DNA of 64,000 bases, from contig NC_064830.1 in assembly GCF_024166365.1 (NCBI RefSeq), positions 89,268,968-89,332,967 of the forward strand. Reading direction: 5' to 3'. This document shows positions 39,299 to 51,940 of the stretch, one piece after another. Within the stretch, counting starts at the first letter, position 1. Each line of letters begins with the position of its first letter. The notes below the pieces were generated by a model that saw only the letters and a program-made list of their open reading frames with translations, was not told where the DNA came from and did no database searches. The stretch is from Elephas maximus. Its lineage: Eukaryota. Made by a program: the position numbers and the translations under genes.

Positions 39299-39961
39299 AT
39301 TGGAGATCCAGCCAGCAAACCAAAGAAATGGCAAGTGGGGTGAAATCCCAGGTTGGCCAGCAACCTCCATGTGGGGAGGTCTGGCCCCTACGCTTATATA
39401 CAGCCCACTGTGTGAGTACAGGGATGCCCTGAAAATACCAAGTGGCACAGCATGGTTGTGGGAAAACGCACGCCTTCATATGTGTGGAAAGGAAGCTGTA
39501 GAGTAGCAGCAGCCATGGGATAGCCACAGCTCTGGGCTGTTTGGCTGGCCACCAAGGCCCAGCTAGCTGCTGAAGCACACGGAAAAGCCCTGCAGGAAGA
39601 GCTGCAGTTGGAAAGAGATGCTTGCCAATTCTGTGTGGCAACGAGTTGCATTAGAGAGCAGGATGAGCAATTACAGAGGCTTGTTTGCAGGTATGTAAAG
39701 ATGGGAGACTCAGTCCCCCAGCCATTGCTCAAAGCCCTCCAACAAAGGGACCAGAGATTGTTGGAGGGGCTAAGCAGGTCTCTGCACTGAGAGCACCCTG
39801 TAACACCTAGCACAAAACAAGACTTAAAACAGCAGGAAAAAAGGAAAAAGCCCTTCTAGACAGCCTGTGTTCAGTGGCCTTGAAGAGGCCTTAGAGACCC
39901 TCTCTAAAATTCTAATAACTACTCCCGCCAAGATAAGAAAGCAGTAACTTAGTTGAAGCTG

Positions 39962-40200
39962 CAACAGTAAAAGCCAAAGGAAATCCGAAATCCACTGCCT
40001 TTGAGTCGATTCTGACTCATAGTGACTCTGTAGAACAGGGTAGAACTGCGCCATAGATTTTCCAAGGAGTGGCTGGTAGATTCCGATTTATAATGACCCT
40101 GTACGACAGAGTAGAACTGCCCCATAGGGTTTCCAAGCAGTGGCTGGTGGATTCAAACTGCTGACCTTTTGGTTAGCAGCGAGGTCTTAACCAGGGCCCA
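39962..40200 (-). mobile_element. AfroSINE (one and a half copies) inserted in the ERV leader/gag region
   Basis: ccactgcctttgagtcgattctgactcatagtgactctgtagaacagggtagaactgcgccatag... Confidence 0.8.
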
Positions 40201-40239
40201 ACAACTGTAAGGGGAAAACTAAAAGAAGAGGGCTCACCT

Positions 40240-40790
40240 CCATGTTACCAAACAACCGGACTGTCGTGGACTGAATTGTGTTCCCCAAAAATACGTGTAT
40301 CAATTTGGCTAGGCCATGATTCCCAGTATTGTGTGATTGTCCACCATTTTGTCATTTGATGTAATTTTCCTATGTGTTGTAAAGCCTACCTCTATGATGT
40401 TAACGAGGGTGGAATAGGCAGCAGTTGTATTAGTGAGGTAGGACTCAATCTACAAGACTGGGTTGTGTCTTGAGACAATCTCTTTTGAGATATAAAAGAC
40501 AAGCCAGCAGAGAGACAGGGAGACCTCACACCACCAAGAAAGCAGTGCCAGGAGCACGGTGCATCCTTAGGACCCAGGGTTCTTATGCAGAGATGCTCCT
40601 AGTCAAGGGAAAGGTTGATGAGAAGGACCTTCCTCCAGAGCTGACAGAGAAAGCCTTCCCCAGGAGCTGACACCCTGAATTTGGACTTCTAGCCTACTTT
40701 ACTGTGAGGAAATAAATTTCTCATTGTTAAAGCCATCCACCTGTGGTATTTCTGCTATAGCAGCACTAGGTAACTAAGACATGGACTGAA
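40240..40790 (+). repeat. Unclassified ~520 bp interspersed repeat, copy 1, inside the ERV
   Basis: Shares its entire length with 47050-47560 and 61390-61900: ...gaattgtgt(c/t)ccccaaaaat(a/g)(c/t)gtgt...aaataaatttctc(a/t)ttgttaaagccatcca...tgtggtatttctg(c/t)tatagcagcactag... Confidence 0.7.
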
Positions 40791-43367
40791 GCCACGCTCG
40801 AACTTGGTATAGTGGAGGCATGGCTCCACAAATGAATGAGTGCTCTGCCAACTTTGCCCAGATCTTCTCACTTTCAGAAATAATTAGGACTGTGGATTAA
40901 ACCTGGATCCCTCTGTCACAGGAAGGAAAGTGCCAAAGGCAAGGATTAGGGCAGTGTTCATGAGAGGTGACTGGGATGTGAAAACGTGAAGTCCGTGGGA
41001 GAACGGACCCAGTAGTGAATGGGATGTGGAATTGATAACGGAGGAGGAGTCTGACAGTGCAGAGTGGCCCCCCAGCACAGCTGCTCAGATGAAAGCTACC
41101 CAGGAACCCAGTGACCCCAGAAGTTTGGTTACTATGTCTGTGGGATATGAGGGAGACAGTATCTCTTTAAACAGAGCCAAGACTAAGAAACCTGCAAGGC
41201 TACAGTCCAAGGGCAAGGGCTCTGTGAAAGTGACAGGAAGGCAGACAGAAAGCAGAGGCAGGTGCACTTAGGGGCTGCCAGAATGGCAGTGCATGAGATA
41301 TGGAAGCAATTGAATGCAGTATTGGTTAGTCTTTGGAAGGAAATGAAGCAGGAGCAACAGTACTGCCCTCTGGGTCCTATGCCCTGCTCAAGGAAGTGTC
41401 CTTTGCAGTTGGGTGAACCCCGCCCATCCCTAGGGACTCTGGTTGATACTGGGACAGCGTGCACCCTTATCTTTGGAAAACCTGAGCAGTTTCAAAGACC
41501 ACCCCCTCCCTGCAATTGATGGGTACTGGGGAAGTCCATCTACTTACGCCATGAACTTCTGACCCTGCAAGTAGGATGCACTCCCCCTAGACTGCATCAA
41601 GTTTATACTTGCCCAATACTGGAATACATTCCAGGAATGGATGTCCTCATAAGACTGACTTTGACCACGTCTCTGGGAGAATTCCAACTGTAAGTGAGGG
41701 TGGTAAAAGGGGGCATGCGGCATGAAAACCAGGGGCCCCGCCCCCACCACGAAGGGTGGTAGACATCAAGCAATACAAACTTCCCAGAGGACATAAGGAA
41801 ATTACTAAAACTACGTTGGAATTGAAAAGAGTTGCTATCTTCCAGGAACCCCACAGTGCTTTTAATAGCCCTGTGTGGCTTGTGAAAAAACCAGATGAGG
41901 CCTGGCATATGACCGTGGACTACAGGGAACTGAACAAAGTGACCCCTCCTATACATGCTGCAGTCCTGAGCATAACTCCTCTGTTAGAAACCCTTAGTAG
42001 AGACCTGGGCACGTATCACGCTGTGTTAGATCTGGCCAATGCTTTCTTTCGCATCCCTCTAGCCCTATCTGCCCCAAACCAGCTTGCCTTTACCTGGTTG
42101 GGGGCAGGGGAACGCGGGTGGCAGCAATGGACATTTCAAGTGTTTGCCATGGTATGGTGGCTAGAGATCTGCCTCTTTTCGCCTTCTCTGCTGCCGCCCA
42201 TTGGTTTCATTACCTTGATAACATCATGCTGATGAGGCTATTTCTCTGTTACAGGCGTGTCCAGACGCCCTAATCATTCACCTACAGGGGAGAGGGTGGG
42301 CCATGAATCCCCACAAGGTGCAGGGGCCAACATCATCAGTAAAATTCCTAGGGATTGTCTGGTCACTAAGACCCGTGTGCTGCCTGAAGCCATACACGGA
42401 TGGCTCTAGCCGAGGTATGCCACCAGCCTGCACGGAGGTTGCTGTGCAGGTTTCCACTGATACTACTTGGTTTGAAACCAGCTCAGGGAAAAACAGTCAA
42501 TAGGCTGAATTAACGGCCACGTGGAAGTTCATCACCCATGAACCCTGGCCTTTAACTCTGTGCACAGACCGTTGGGTATGGGCCTGTGGGCTAACTATGT
42601 GGATAAGCCAGTGGCATAAAGAACAGTGGACAGTAACAGGTAAAGTCCTGTGGGGAAAAGCCTTGTGGCAGGACATCTGGAATCACCTTCAAACCCCAGA
42701 TGCTGACCTAACTGTTTTTCACGTAACAGCACATTCACCCCTATAGCAACAGACCCTATAGCACGAGTTAGAATGGTGCATCCTAAGAGGGAAGCTGCCC
42801 ACTAGATTCACCAGCAAAGCAGACGCCACAGTGCTTGTGTTGGTTAGAAAACAGCCAAAGAGACAGGCACAGCAGTAAAGTATAGTGATCTGGTGGGGCT
42901 GTGCAAAATTGCCCTACGGACTCACAACAATACCCAAGGCATCTGCCACACAATTCTGGGCAGACACATAAAGGAACACAGCCAATGACAGACTGGCAGG
43001 AAAATTTTATAGTGCCTCTACCCCCAGTGAAGGGGCAAAGTACGCTCTTGTTTGTGTGGGCATTGTCACCTGCTTGATGGGCATTCCCATGTAAACGAGC
43101 AAACCAGTCTGCTACAATAAAGGAGTTACAAAAACTGAGTATTGTATACGGGATACTCCAAAGGGTTAACAGTGATCGGGGATACACTTTACAGGTCACC
43201 ATGTGTGCAAATAGGCAGCTGAGAACAAGACACAATGGCATTACTACCTACCCCACAACCCCCAGGTACAGACATGGTAGAAAAGAAGAACAGTGTCCTA
43301 AAACAACAAATATGAACACTTAAACAGGCAAGGCTTCCGTGGCGTGGTGGACCAAGGTGCTGCCTGA

Positions 43368-44150
43368 GGTTTTTTTTTTTTTTAATTAATTTTTATTGTG
43401 CTTTAAGTGAAAGGTTACGAATCAGGTCAGTCTCTCATACAAAAATTTACGTACACCTTGCCATACACTCCTAATTGCTCTCCCACCAATGAGACAGCAC
43501 AGTTCTTCCCTCCACTCTCTCTCCTCGTGTCCATTCGGGTAGCTTCTAGCCCCCTCTGCCCTCTCATCCCCCCTCCAGACAGGAGATGTCAACAGTCTAA
43601 TGTGTCCACTTGATCCAAGAAGCTCGTTCTTCACCAGTATCATTTTCCGTCCACTATTCCAGTCCAATCCCTGTCTGAAGATTTGGCTTTGGGAATGGTT
43701 CCTGTCTTGGGCTAACAGAAGGTCTGGGGACCATGGCCTCCAGGGTCCCTCCAGTCCCAGTCTGACCATTAAGTCTGGTCTTTTTACAAAAATTTGGGGT
43801 CTGCATCCCACTGCTCTCCTGCACCCTCAGAGTTTCTCTGTTGAGTTCCCTGTCAGGGGAGTCATTGGTTGTGGCCAGGCACCATCTAGTTCTTCTGGTC
43901 TCAGGCTGATGTAGTCTCTGGTTTATGTGGTCCTTTCTGTCTCTTAGGCTCATAATTACCTTGTGTCTTTGGTGTTCTTCATTCTTCGTTGTTCCAGGTG
44001 GGTTGAGACCAACTGATGTATCTTAGATGGCTGCTTGCTAGCGTTTAAGACCCCAGAAGCCACTTTCCAAAGTGGGATGCAGAATGTTTTCTTAATAGGT
44101 TTTATTATTCCTGTTGACTTAGATGTCCCCTGAAACCATGGTCCTCAAAC
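43368..44150 (-). mobile_element. L1 3'UTR fragment inserted in the ERV between pol and env
   Basis: Poly(T) followed by aattaatttttattgtgctttaagtgaaaggttacgaatcaggtcagtctc..., collinear with 1640-2400. Confidence 0.8.
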
Positions 44151-45110
44151 CCCCGCCCCCGTGCCTGAGGTTTTGAGGTTGATAAATTCGGTCCCCATCG
44201 GGGCTTTAGCCCCATATGCCAGACTAGGACCCCCAAGTGACCCTCCAGCAATGATCCAAATAACGTCAGACTCCAGAAGCATATCCACCAAGGTTGTTGT
44301 CAGAACAAAATAGCATGGTCCTCCAGATACCCCAGGATCTGGCACCAGGAAGTGGAACCACCTATTGATACCTGTCATGGGTCACCCCACCACAGTGGAT
44401 TGGTTACTTCATCCCTCTGGAGGTGGAGGAACTAACTGGCCTAACGTGGGAGCCCACCATCCTATTGCACAGAGGGCCTCTGGAGTCCCACTTCACATGG
44501 AAGGGAATGATGGCTATACGAGGGATGGAAGCGGGTCTCCTTTTCTGGCATAACAGTAAAACGGGTTACTTTACTCACAATCCCTAAAGTGACCTCCCTG
44601 GGGCAGCACGTGTGGTACACTCAGCCAGGAAAAAATGCCTAAAGCAGCTGCCATTTTCACTACCCGAGGGGAAGCCACTGGTTTGATCCCAATAGAAGGG
44701 GAAGATTTACCCCTCTTGGTACCTACTAAACACCTGTCTTTCCGACCATAGGTACAGCCTACTCTTTCTTTCCCTTCAGGGCTGCCAACCTCTTCCTAGA
44801 GTGGGCTCAGAGCTTCACCATAGTCCACATCAAAAGCAGCTGCTGGGTCTGTGGACAGCTCCCCTTCTCAAGTGCCAAAGGCATGCCTTGGAGTGTGGAG
44901 CCCCTGAGAGAAACTGATCAGCAGTCCTCTAGTTGGCATGGTGTTTTAATGGGTCTTGGTCTTTTCCTGGGTATAGGGATGGTCTGCTGTGTTCGCCTAT
45001 ACTGCTGGTGTGGTCCGTACCTAGAGTGACACCTCCTCTTAGGGCCCTCAGGGATGTTGCAGAAGAGGGGAAATGTGTCAGATTGTAAGAGCCAGCCTCC
45101 AGGGGTGGAC

Positions 45111-45664
45111 TGAAGGTGAAAACAGGCTTTGTCAGGCAGACCATGGCTGCCCTCATGTTTCCATTAGTTCACTTCTGTTTATGTTCACTACTGTTTCCCA
45201 GGCCCATGTTATGTGACCTTGCTGAGGCAGTCCAATATAACTCACTGGCTTGGACCCACCTTTGTCCTTGACCACTATAAAACCTCTCCCACTCCTACTG
45301 TTGGGTGGGGAGATCTACCCTCATCCACCTGCCGCCAAGGACCACGGCCTCAGTGTGTAAAGCTCCCTGATAAGAAAAACTCCTTCACCACTATACTGGT
45401 GTTGCCTGCCTCTTTCTTTGGTCTCTCAGCACCCTCTAATTTTGGAGGCAAATTTTAAGTTACTGGTCCATGTCTGGAAACCCCGGTGGCATAGTAGTTA
45501 AGAGCTACAGCTGATAACCAAAAGGTTGGCAGTTTGGATCCACCAGGCACTTCTTGAAAACCCTATGGGGCAGTTCTACTCTGTCCTATAGGGTCTCTAT
45601 GAGTTGGAATCAACTCAACGTCAACGGGTTTGGTTTTTGGTTTGGTTTGGTCCATGCCTGGACA
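45111..45664 (+). repeat. ERV 3' LTR interrupted by an AfroSINE (45481-45647). The AfroSINE is flanked by a ~15 bp TSD ggtccatgYctggaMa.
   Basis: ggtccatgtctggaaa[SINE]ggtccatgcctggaca. The rest of the LTR is collinear with the 5' LTR. Confidence 0.8.
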
Positions 45665-47050
45665 GTATTCTGTCAATTTCTGAAGCCTTGTTTTTCACCA
45701 ATGCTTTCAGTGCAATTTGGACTTCTTCCTTCAGTACCACCAGTTCTTGATCAAGTGCAACCTCCTGAAATGGTTGAATGTTGACCAATTCTTTGTGGTA
45801 CGGTGACTTTGTGTATTCCTTCCATCTTCTTTTGATGCTTCCTGCATCATTCAGTATTTTGCCCATAAACCAAAAAAACCAAACCCACTGCTGTCGAGTC
45901 GATTCCGACTTATAGCGACCCTATAGGACAGAGTAGAACTGGTCCATAGAGTTTCCCAGAAGCACCTGGTGGATTCGAACTGCCGACCTTTCAGTTAGCA
46001 GCCATAGCTCTTAGCCTCTACGCTACCAGGGTTTCCATTTTGCCCATTGAATCCTTCAATATTACAACTCAAGGCTTGAATTTTTTCTTCACTTCTTTTG
46101 GCTTGAGAAATGCCAAGTATGTTTTTCTCTTTTGGTTTTTTAACTCCAGGTCTTTGCACATTTCATTATAATACTTTGTCTTCTCAAGCTGCCATTTGAA
46201 ATCTTCTGTTCAGCTCTTCTACGTGATCATTTGCTTTAGCAACTCTATGTACAAAAGCAAGTTTCAGAGTCTCTTCTGACATGCATTTTGGTTTTTTCTT
46301 TCTTTTCTGCCTTTTTAATGACCTTTTTCTTTCTTCATGTATAAAGTCCTTAACGTCATCCCACAACCCATCTGGTCTTTAGCCATTAGTGTTCGATGCA
46401 TCAAATGTATTCTTGAGATGGCCTCTAAATTCAGGTGAGATTATACAAGGTCTCACTTTGGCTGTAGTGGACTTGTTTTAAATTTCTTCAGCTTCAACTT
46501 CAACTTGCATGTGAGCAATTGATGGTCTCTTCTGCAGTCAGCCCCTAGCCTTGTTCTGACTGATGATATTGAGTTTCTCCGTCGTGTCTTTCTACAGATG
46601 TAGTCGATATGATTCTTGTGTATTCCATCCAGTGAGGTCCACGAGTATGGTCGCCATTTATATTGTTGAAAAAAAGGTATATGCAATGAATAAATCATTG
46701 GTCTTGCAAAATTCTATCACGCGATCTCTGGCATCGTTTCTATTGCCAAGGCCATATTTTCCAACTACCGATCCTTCGTTTCCAACTTTCACATTCCAAT
46801 CAGCAGTAATTATCAATTCACCTTGATTGCATGTTTGATTAATTTCAGACTGCAGAAGTTGATAAAAGTCTTCAATTTCTTCATCTTTGGCCTTAGTGGT
46901 TGGTAGGAAAATAGTCATATTAACTGGTCTTCCTTTTAGGCATATGGATATTATCCTATCACTGACAACGTTCTATTCAGGATAGATCTTGAAATGTTCC
47001 TTTTGATGATGAATGTGACATCATTCCTCTTCAATTTGTCATTCCCAGTG
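45665..47050 (-). mobile_element. Continuation (5' part, APE/N-terminal region) of the RTE element split by the ERV. Carries an AfroSINE insertion at 45868-46030 with the TSD attttgcccat.
   Basis: ORFs 45621..45866(-) and 46658..46918(-). Sequence is collinear with the RTE copy at 1-1400. Confidence 0.8.
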
Positions 47051-47560
47051 TCAGGGATTGAATTGTGTCCTCCAAAAATATGTGTCAGCTTGGTTAGGCC
47101 ATGATTCCCAATATTGTGTGGTTGTTCTCCATTTTGTGATTATAATTTTATGTTAAAGAGGATTAGAGTGAGATCATAACACCCTTACCCAGGTCACATC
47201 CCTGATCCAATGTAAAGGGAGTTTCCCTGGGGTGTGGCCTGCACCACCTTTTATTTTACAGGAGATAAAAGGAAAAGGAAGCCAGCAGAGAGGCAGGACC
47301 TCAGACCACCAAGAAAGCAGTGCCAGGAGCACAGCGTGTCCTTTGGACCCAGAGTTCCTGCGTGGAGAAGCTCCCAGACCGAGGGAAGATGGATGACAAG
47401 GTCCTTCCTCCAGAGCCACCAGAGAGAGAAAGCCTTTTCCTGGAGCTGATGCCCTGAATTTGGACTTGTAGCTTACTATACTGTGATAGAATAAATTTCT
47501 CTTTGTTAAAGCCATCTACTTGTGGCATTTCTGTTATAGCAGCACTAGATGACTGAGACA
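47050..47560 (+). repeat. Unclassified ~520 bp interspersed repeat, copy 2
   Basis: Collinear with 40240-40790 and 61390-61900. Confidence 0.7.
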
Positions 47561-49487
47561 CCGAGCATAGGAGACCATATGACTATCTGATTCAAAATAG
47601 CCAATACCAGTCCATTTCAGCTCATAATGCCTAGAGTATCAATCCTTATGCACTCCCTTTCATTTTTGATGACTTCCAATTTTCCAAGATTCATACTTTG
47701 TACATTCCATGTTCTGATTATTAATGCATGTTTACTGCTGTTTCTTCTCATTTTGAGTTGTGCCACATCAGCAAATGAGGGTCCCAAAAGCTGGACCTCA
47801 TCCACGTCATTAAGGTGGGACACTACTCTGAGGAGACAGCTCTTCCCCAGTCATATTTTGAGTGTCTTCTAACCTGAGGGGCTAATTTCCTGGCACCATA
47901 TCAAACAATGTTCTGCTGCTATTCAAAGGTTTCCACTGGCCAACTTTTTTAGAAGTAGATCACCAGATCCTTTTACCTATTCTATCTTAGTCTGGTAGCT
48001 CTGCTGAAACCTGTCCACCATACATGACCCTGATAGTATTTGGTGGCATAGCTTCCAGCATTACAGCAACACACAACCCACCACAGTACAACAAACTGAC
48101 AGATGAGCTGCAAAATCCTAACCCTAGGGCTTCAAAATCAATCAGCACTGTAACTAGATTCCCAGTGATTTGGGCACTATCAGCAGATCTGAGCCAATGT
48201 AGCTACTCTCAACCCTGGCTGCACAGTTAGAGCCACCTGGAGATCTTTTAAAGTCACTCATCTCTGGTGGTTCTGGTTTAATTGTGTGAGGTTGGGACCA
48301 AGTGTTATTTTTAAAAGCTTTCCTGCTGACTCCAATATGCAGCCAGGGTTGACAACCAGCGGGGGCAATTTGAATCTAGCAGATTCTGTCATTGCCCGTG
48401 TGATCTTGGGCCACTTACTAGCCCCTGAACCTTACTCTCCTCAGCTGTGAAATGACAATAAAAATGACTGCCTCCTGGGGTTGAAGGAATGGAGGATGTC
48501 TCTAGTACAGTGAAGAGACTTACTGAGCAGAGGTGAGAGGAAATAAGAATGAGCTACACACAGGGAACTTCATTTATTCCCCTCCAGCTCCTCTCCCACC
48601 CCAGGTGCTGGTGAAACACGGGGCCAGCCGCCTTCTTGCCAACACAAGCCCCTTGTCCCCACCCCTGGGCTCTTGGTCCAAGCAGCATGATGTTAGAGGT
48701 GAGGCTGATAACCCAGCCCTGCCACCATCACGTCATCAACCTCAGGTTTATTAGACTGGGGCATTATCATCCACTGTCCAATCCCGAGGGAGTGGAAAAG
48801 GCATGTGAAGCTCCGGATAAACAGGGGCTCATCTTCGTGGAGCTTCCCTTCACTGGTTTTTAAGTCAAACGTTCTTTGTTTAGAGAATGTGAGTCACATG
48901 ACTCAGGAAGTACAGAAAAGCTATTTTCACCAGGCAGCCTCTCAGAGGGGAAACCATGGCATCTGCTTTAGAGGACTATTAGTGGAAAGTCTGGAGAAGA
49001 TGCCTCATGTAAACACTGTTTTTAGCAGCCAAGTTTTAGGAACATTTCTTCGTAAGAAAATCTTATCTGAGCTCCAGCCCAGCTGGACTACCTTGTGGGA
49101 GTAGCAGTTGCCTGGTGGGTCTCAGGTCGGGGCAGAAGAGGTGCGGGCAGGTCTGCCAGCCAAGGACTCTGCTCATCCCACTGCCCAGATGCCGACAACT
49201 AGTGGCAGCCACTGTAGTCGGAGGACTGCCGGATGACAAAGGACCAGGAACCAGGTTTCAGAATCCTAGATCAGTGTTTTCAAACCCAGCCAATCACAGG
49301 ACTCTGCTGAGATCGTTAATCCTGTTCATGCTGATTCCCAGGCCTCTTCCCAGGCCCACTGGCCTCTAAAGCTCGTATTTTTGGCAAGTGTTCCCAAACA
49401 ACAGTTACAACTTATTAAGAAATTAATCTGTGCCAGACATTGTGCTAAATGCCTTCAATCAACTTATTTAATCCTCATACCCATAAA

Positions 49488-49688
49488 CGGACTGCCCTCA
49501 AGCTGATTCTGACTCATAGCGACCCTGTAAGACAGAGAACTGCCCCATGGTTTCCAAGGCTGTAAATATTTATGGAAGCAGACTGCCACATCTTCTCCTG
49601 CAGAGCAGCTGCTGGGTTCGAACCTGCTGACCTTTCAGGTAGCAGCCAAGCCCTTAACCGCTGTATCACCAGGGCTCCCTTCAATTTT
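49488..49688 (-). mobile_element. AfroSINE
   Basis: ctgccctcaagctgattctgactcatagcgaccctgtaagacagagaactgccccatgg...gcagccaagcccttaaccgctgtatcaccagggctcc. Confidence 0.8.
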
Positions 49689-50904
49689 CACCAGAGCTTA
49701 GGAAGTAAGGAACTTGCCCAGGACCACAATTATCATGGGGAGGAGCCAGAATTCCATCCTGAGTATTATAACCACAGAGCCACCAAGCCAGGGGGCAATT
49801 AAGCTTTTAAGCAGAAACAGCAAGAAGACTTTAACCCTTTCCTGCCTCGTGGTACATACTTCACTTGACCATGAACTTTTCCAGCCTCTGGGGCTTATTG
49901 GGAAGCTGCTTTCCCACTGATAGTGTGGGCTGCCTCAAGGCAGGGGCCTTTACGACTATTTGGAGTTGAAGAAACAGGCATGTGCCACAAATTACTGTTT
50001 TTACAGGGTATTGTATGAGGTGTCTGAATTTTGGATAGGAAAATTAGAAATTTTGAAAATTTTTATTGCTACCCATATGGACCAAAAGACCCCGGTGGGG
50101 ACTCTGGGGTGTAATTAGTGGTATTTCATACATACTACTAAACGCTTAGGGTAGGCTTGTGGGAGGGAAAAGAAAAATAAAATTCATACTACCTACCAAA
50201 AACTCAGACACACTCAATGATTCAGCATGCTTCTGTTAATGAAAACACATGGTATCAACAAAAAATTCAAAGCAAAAAATAATTGACTCACCAAAGGGTT
50301 AAGTCTAAAACAATGGATTAAGGACCTGGGTGCAGCGGGGCACACCCTCAGGTAATATTGCCAACAGTATTTCAAAGGTGAACATTTTCTGCAATCTGGG
50401 TGAGTGCCCAGATCCTGCTCCCTCAAATCCAGGAGGAGCAGCATCCAACAAGGAGGTACAAGCACCCAGAATTAGCTTGGGGTCCTCAACTCAACGTGGC
50501 TGCTCTACCTGCTCATGGTTATAGAGAGCTGCCTTGCCCAAACAGCCCAGGCCAGGCCAGGCCAGGCCCCCTGTGTGCCAAGGGTGGGAATAGCCAGGAG
50601 TTTCCAGGAGAGCCACATGCCACCCCACGTGAAAGCCAGCCTTTTCTTCATAACTCAGGGGGCCACCCAGGCAGGGAGCAGAGAACGCAGAGGGCATCTG
50701 CCTCAACCAGCTCCCCTATCAAGTGCTTCACACCCAAGTGCCAGCTCTAAGATCTCCAGAACCTTGGGTTGGTGGGTCCAACTGAGCTTCCTGGTTTTTG
50801 TGCAATACTACAGCATACTTCACTTCCCCCTCCCAAGGGGAAAGAAAAGAGCCTTGCTCTCTGAACACTAAGCCCTCTGTCTGGAAATAAAGCCTACCTT
50901 AAAA

Positions 50905-50945
50905 AAAAAAAAAAAAATTTTTTTTTTTTTTTTTTTTTTTTTAAG
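50905..50945. repeat. (A)17(T)25 mononucleotide palindrome
   Basis: ccttaaaaaaaaaaaaaaaaatttttttttttttttttttttttaagatc. Confidence 0.9.
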
Positions 50946-51594
50946 ATCACCCTGCTAATGACTTCTCAGCTGATCTGCCAAGGCCCACAGTTGGCATTGC
51001 CCTGATTGGGGCAGCAAGAGAAACCTCACATTCGGCAGAGATGAGGGGTCTCAATGGGGACAAGTCACATTCTAGGAACTCAACAGGGCAGGTGAGGTAG
51101 GGCCTAAGACCCCAGGAGGAGAGGGGAGGCAAACAGGGGCCAATCTAGCTCCAAGATGGAGCTCAAACAGACCCCTTCAGATCCCCTTCTTACTTTGCAT
51201 GTGGGAACCTGAAGTCACAGATTTTGGGGTCTGTTTGTGCTGAAGAGTTAATCTACCTTTGCTTCAAAACCCAGAAAAACCTCCAATGAGGACAGCAAAA
51301 CCTCCCAAGGCAAAGCCCACTTTCTTCCCCCTCTGGTTCAGTGACGTCTTGCCTGCCCCCGCAGAGGCACGGCCCTATAAAGGGGGCAGCCTAGAGAGGC
51401 TCTTGAGGAGCACAGAGTCTCACCACTGGTTTGGGGTTTGGGGGCCAGTAAGAAGTACTCACATCCAGAGGTGCAGCTGACCAACTCCTCACTCAGATCA
51501 GATCTGGAAACCCCCCCACTCAGGCAGGCTTCACTTCCTAGCAAAGGCAGGGCGAAGCCTAGGGGTGGGGCTTGGCATTTAAAGGGCCCTTGCA

Positions 51595-51940
51595 GCATGT
51601 TCTTAGTGGTTAAGTGCTTCGGCTGCTGATGAAAAGGTCAGCAGATGGAATCCACCAGGCACTCCTTGGAAACTCTATGGGGCAGTTCTACTCTGTCCTA
51701 CAGGGCCACTGTGAGTCAGAATCAACTGGATGGCCACAGGTTTAGCTTTTTTTTTGTTGTTTTGCAGCTGGTGCAGAGCCCTGCTTACACAGTGGTTAAG
51801 AGCTACGGCTGCTGACCAAAAGGTCAGCAGTTTGATTCCACTGATGCTTCTTGGAAACCCTTTGGGGGAGTTCTACTCTGCCCTACAGTGTCACTATGAG
51901 TTGGAATCCGCTGATAGACTCAATGGCAACGGGTTTGGTT
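51595..51940 (+). mobile_element. Two tandem AfroSINEs (about 51595-51745 and 51765-51940)
   Basis: tcttagtggttaagtgcttcggctgctgatgaaaaggtcagcag... and acagtggttaagagctacggctgctgaccaaaaggtcagcag... Confidence 0.8.

Larger units (their letters stand above)
38929..45664 (+). mobile_element. Endogenous retrovirus provirus. 5' LTR 38929-39298. gag/pol region with RT (41756-42232), RNase H/IN remnants (to ~43300) and an env remnant (44150-45110). 3' LTR 45111-45664. TSD GTATT at 38924-38928 and 45665-45669.
   Basis: Two direct LTR copies of ~370 bp beginning TGAAGG and ending GACA. The RT ORF is PVWLVKKPDEAWHMTVDYRELNKVTPPIHAAVLSITPLLETL...HAVLDLANAFFRIPL. The flanks are one continuous RTE element. 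Confidence 0.85.

Noticed and set aside
44145-45110. env-like ORF fragments containing a CWVCG (CXXC-like) motif and a hydrophobic stretch (LFLGIGMVCCVRLYCWCG) inside the first ERV
   Set aside because: They are too fragmented by stops to assign confidently to SU or TM. They are noted only as an env remnant inside the provirus.
48500-50900. GC-rich unique region with several 60-120 aa ORFs and a (CCAGG)5 microsatellite at ~50545-50570
   Set aside because: The ORFs have no recognisable protein similarity, no splice-site context and no codon periodicity. It is probably intergenic or intronic sequence. A conserved non-coding element cannot be excluded without alignments.
6409-51940. tRNA-like heads of the AfroSINEs, considered as possible tRNA genes
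   Set aside because: They are SINE promoter regions (A/B-box remnants) fused to RTE-derived tails, without a complete acceptor stem and anticodon loop. They are not functional tRNA genes.
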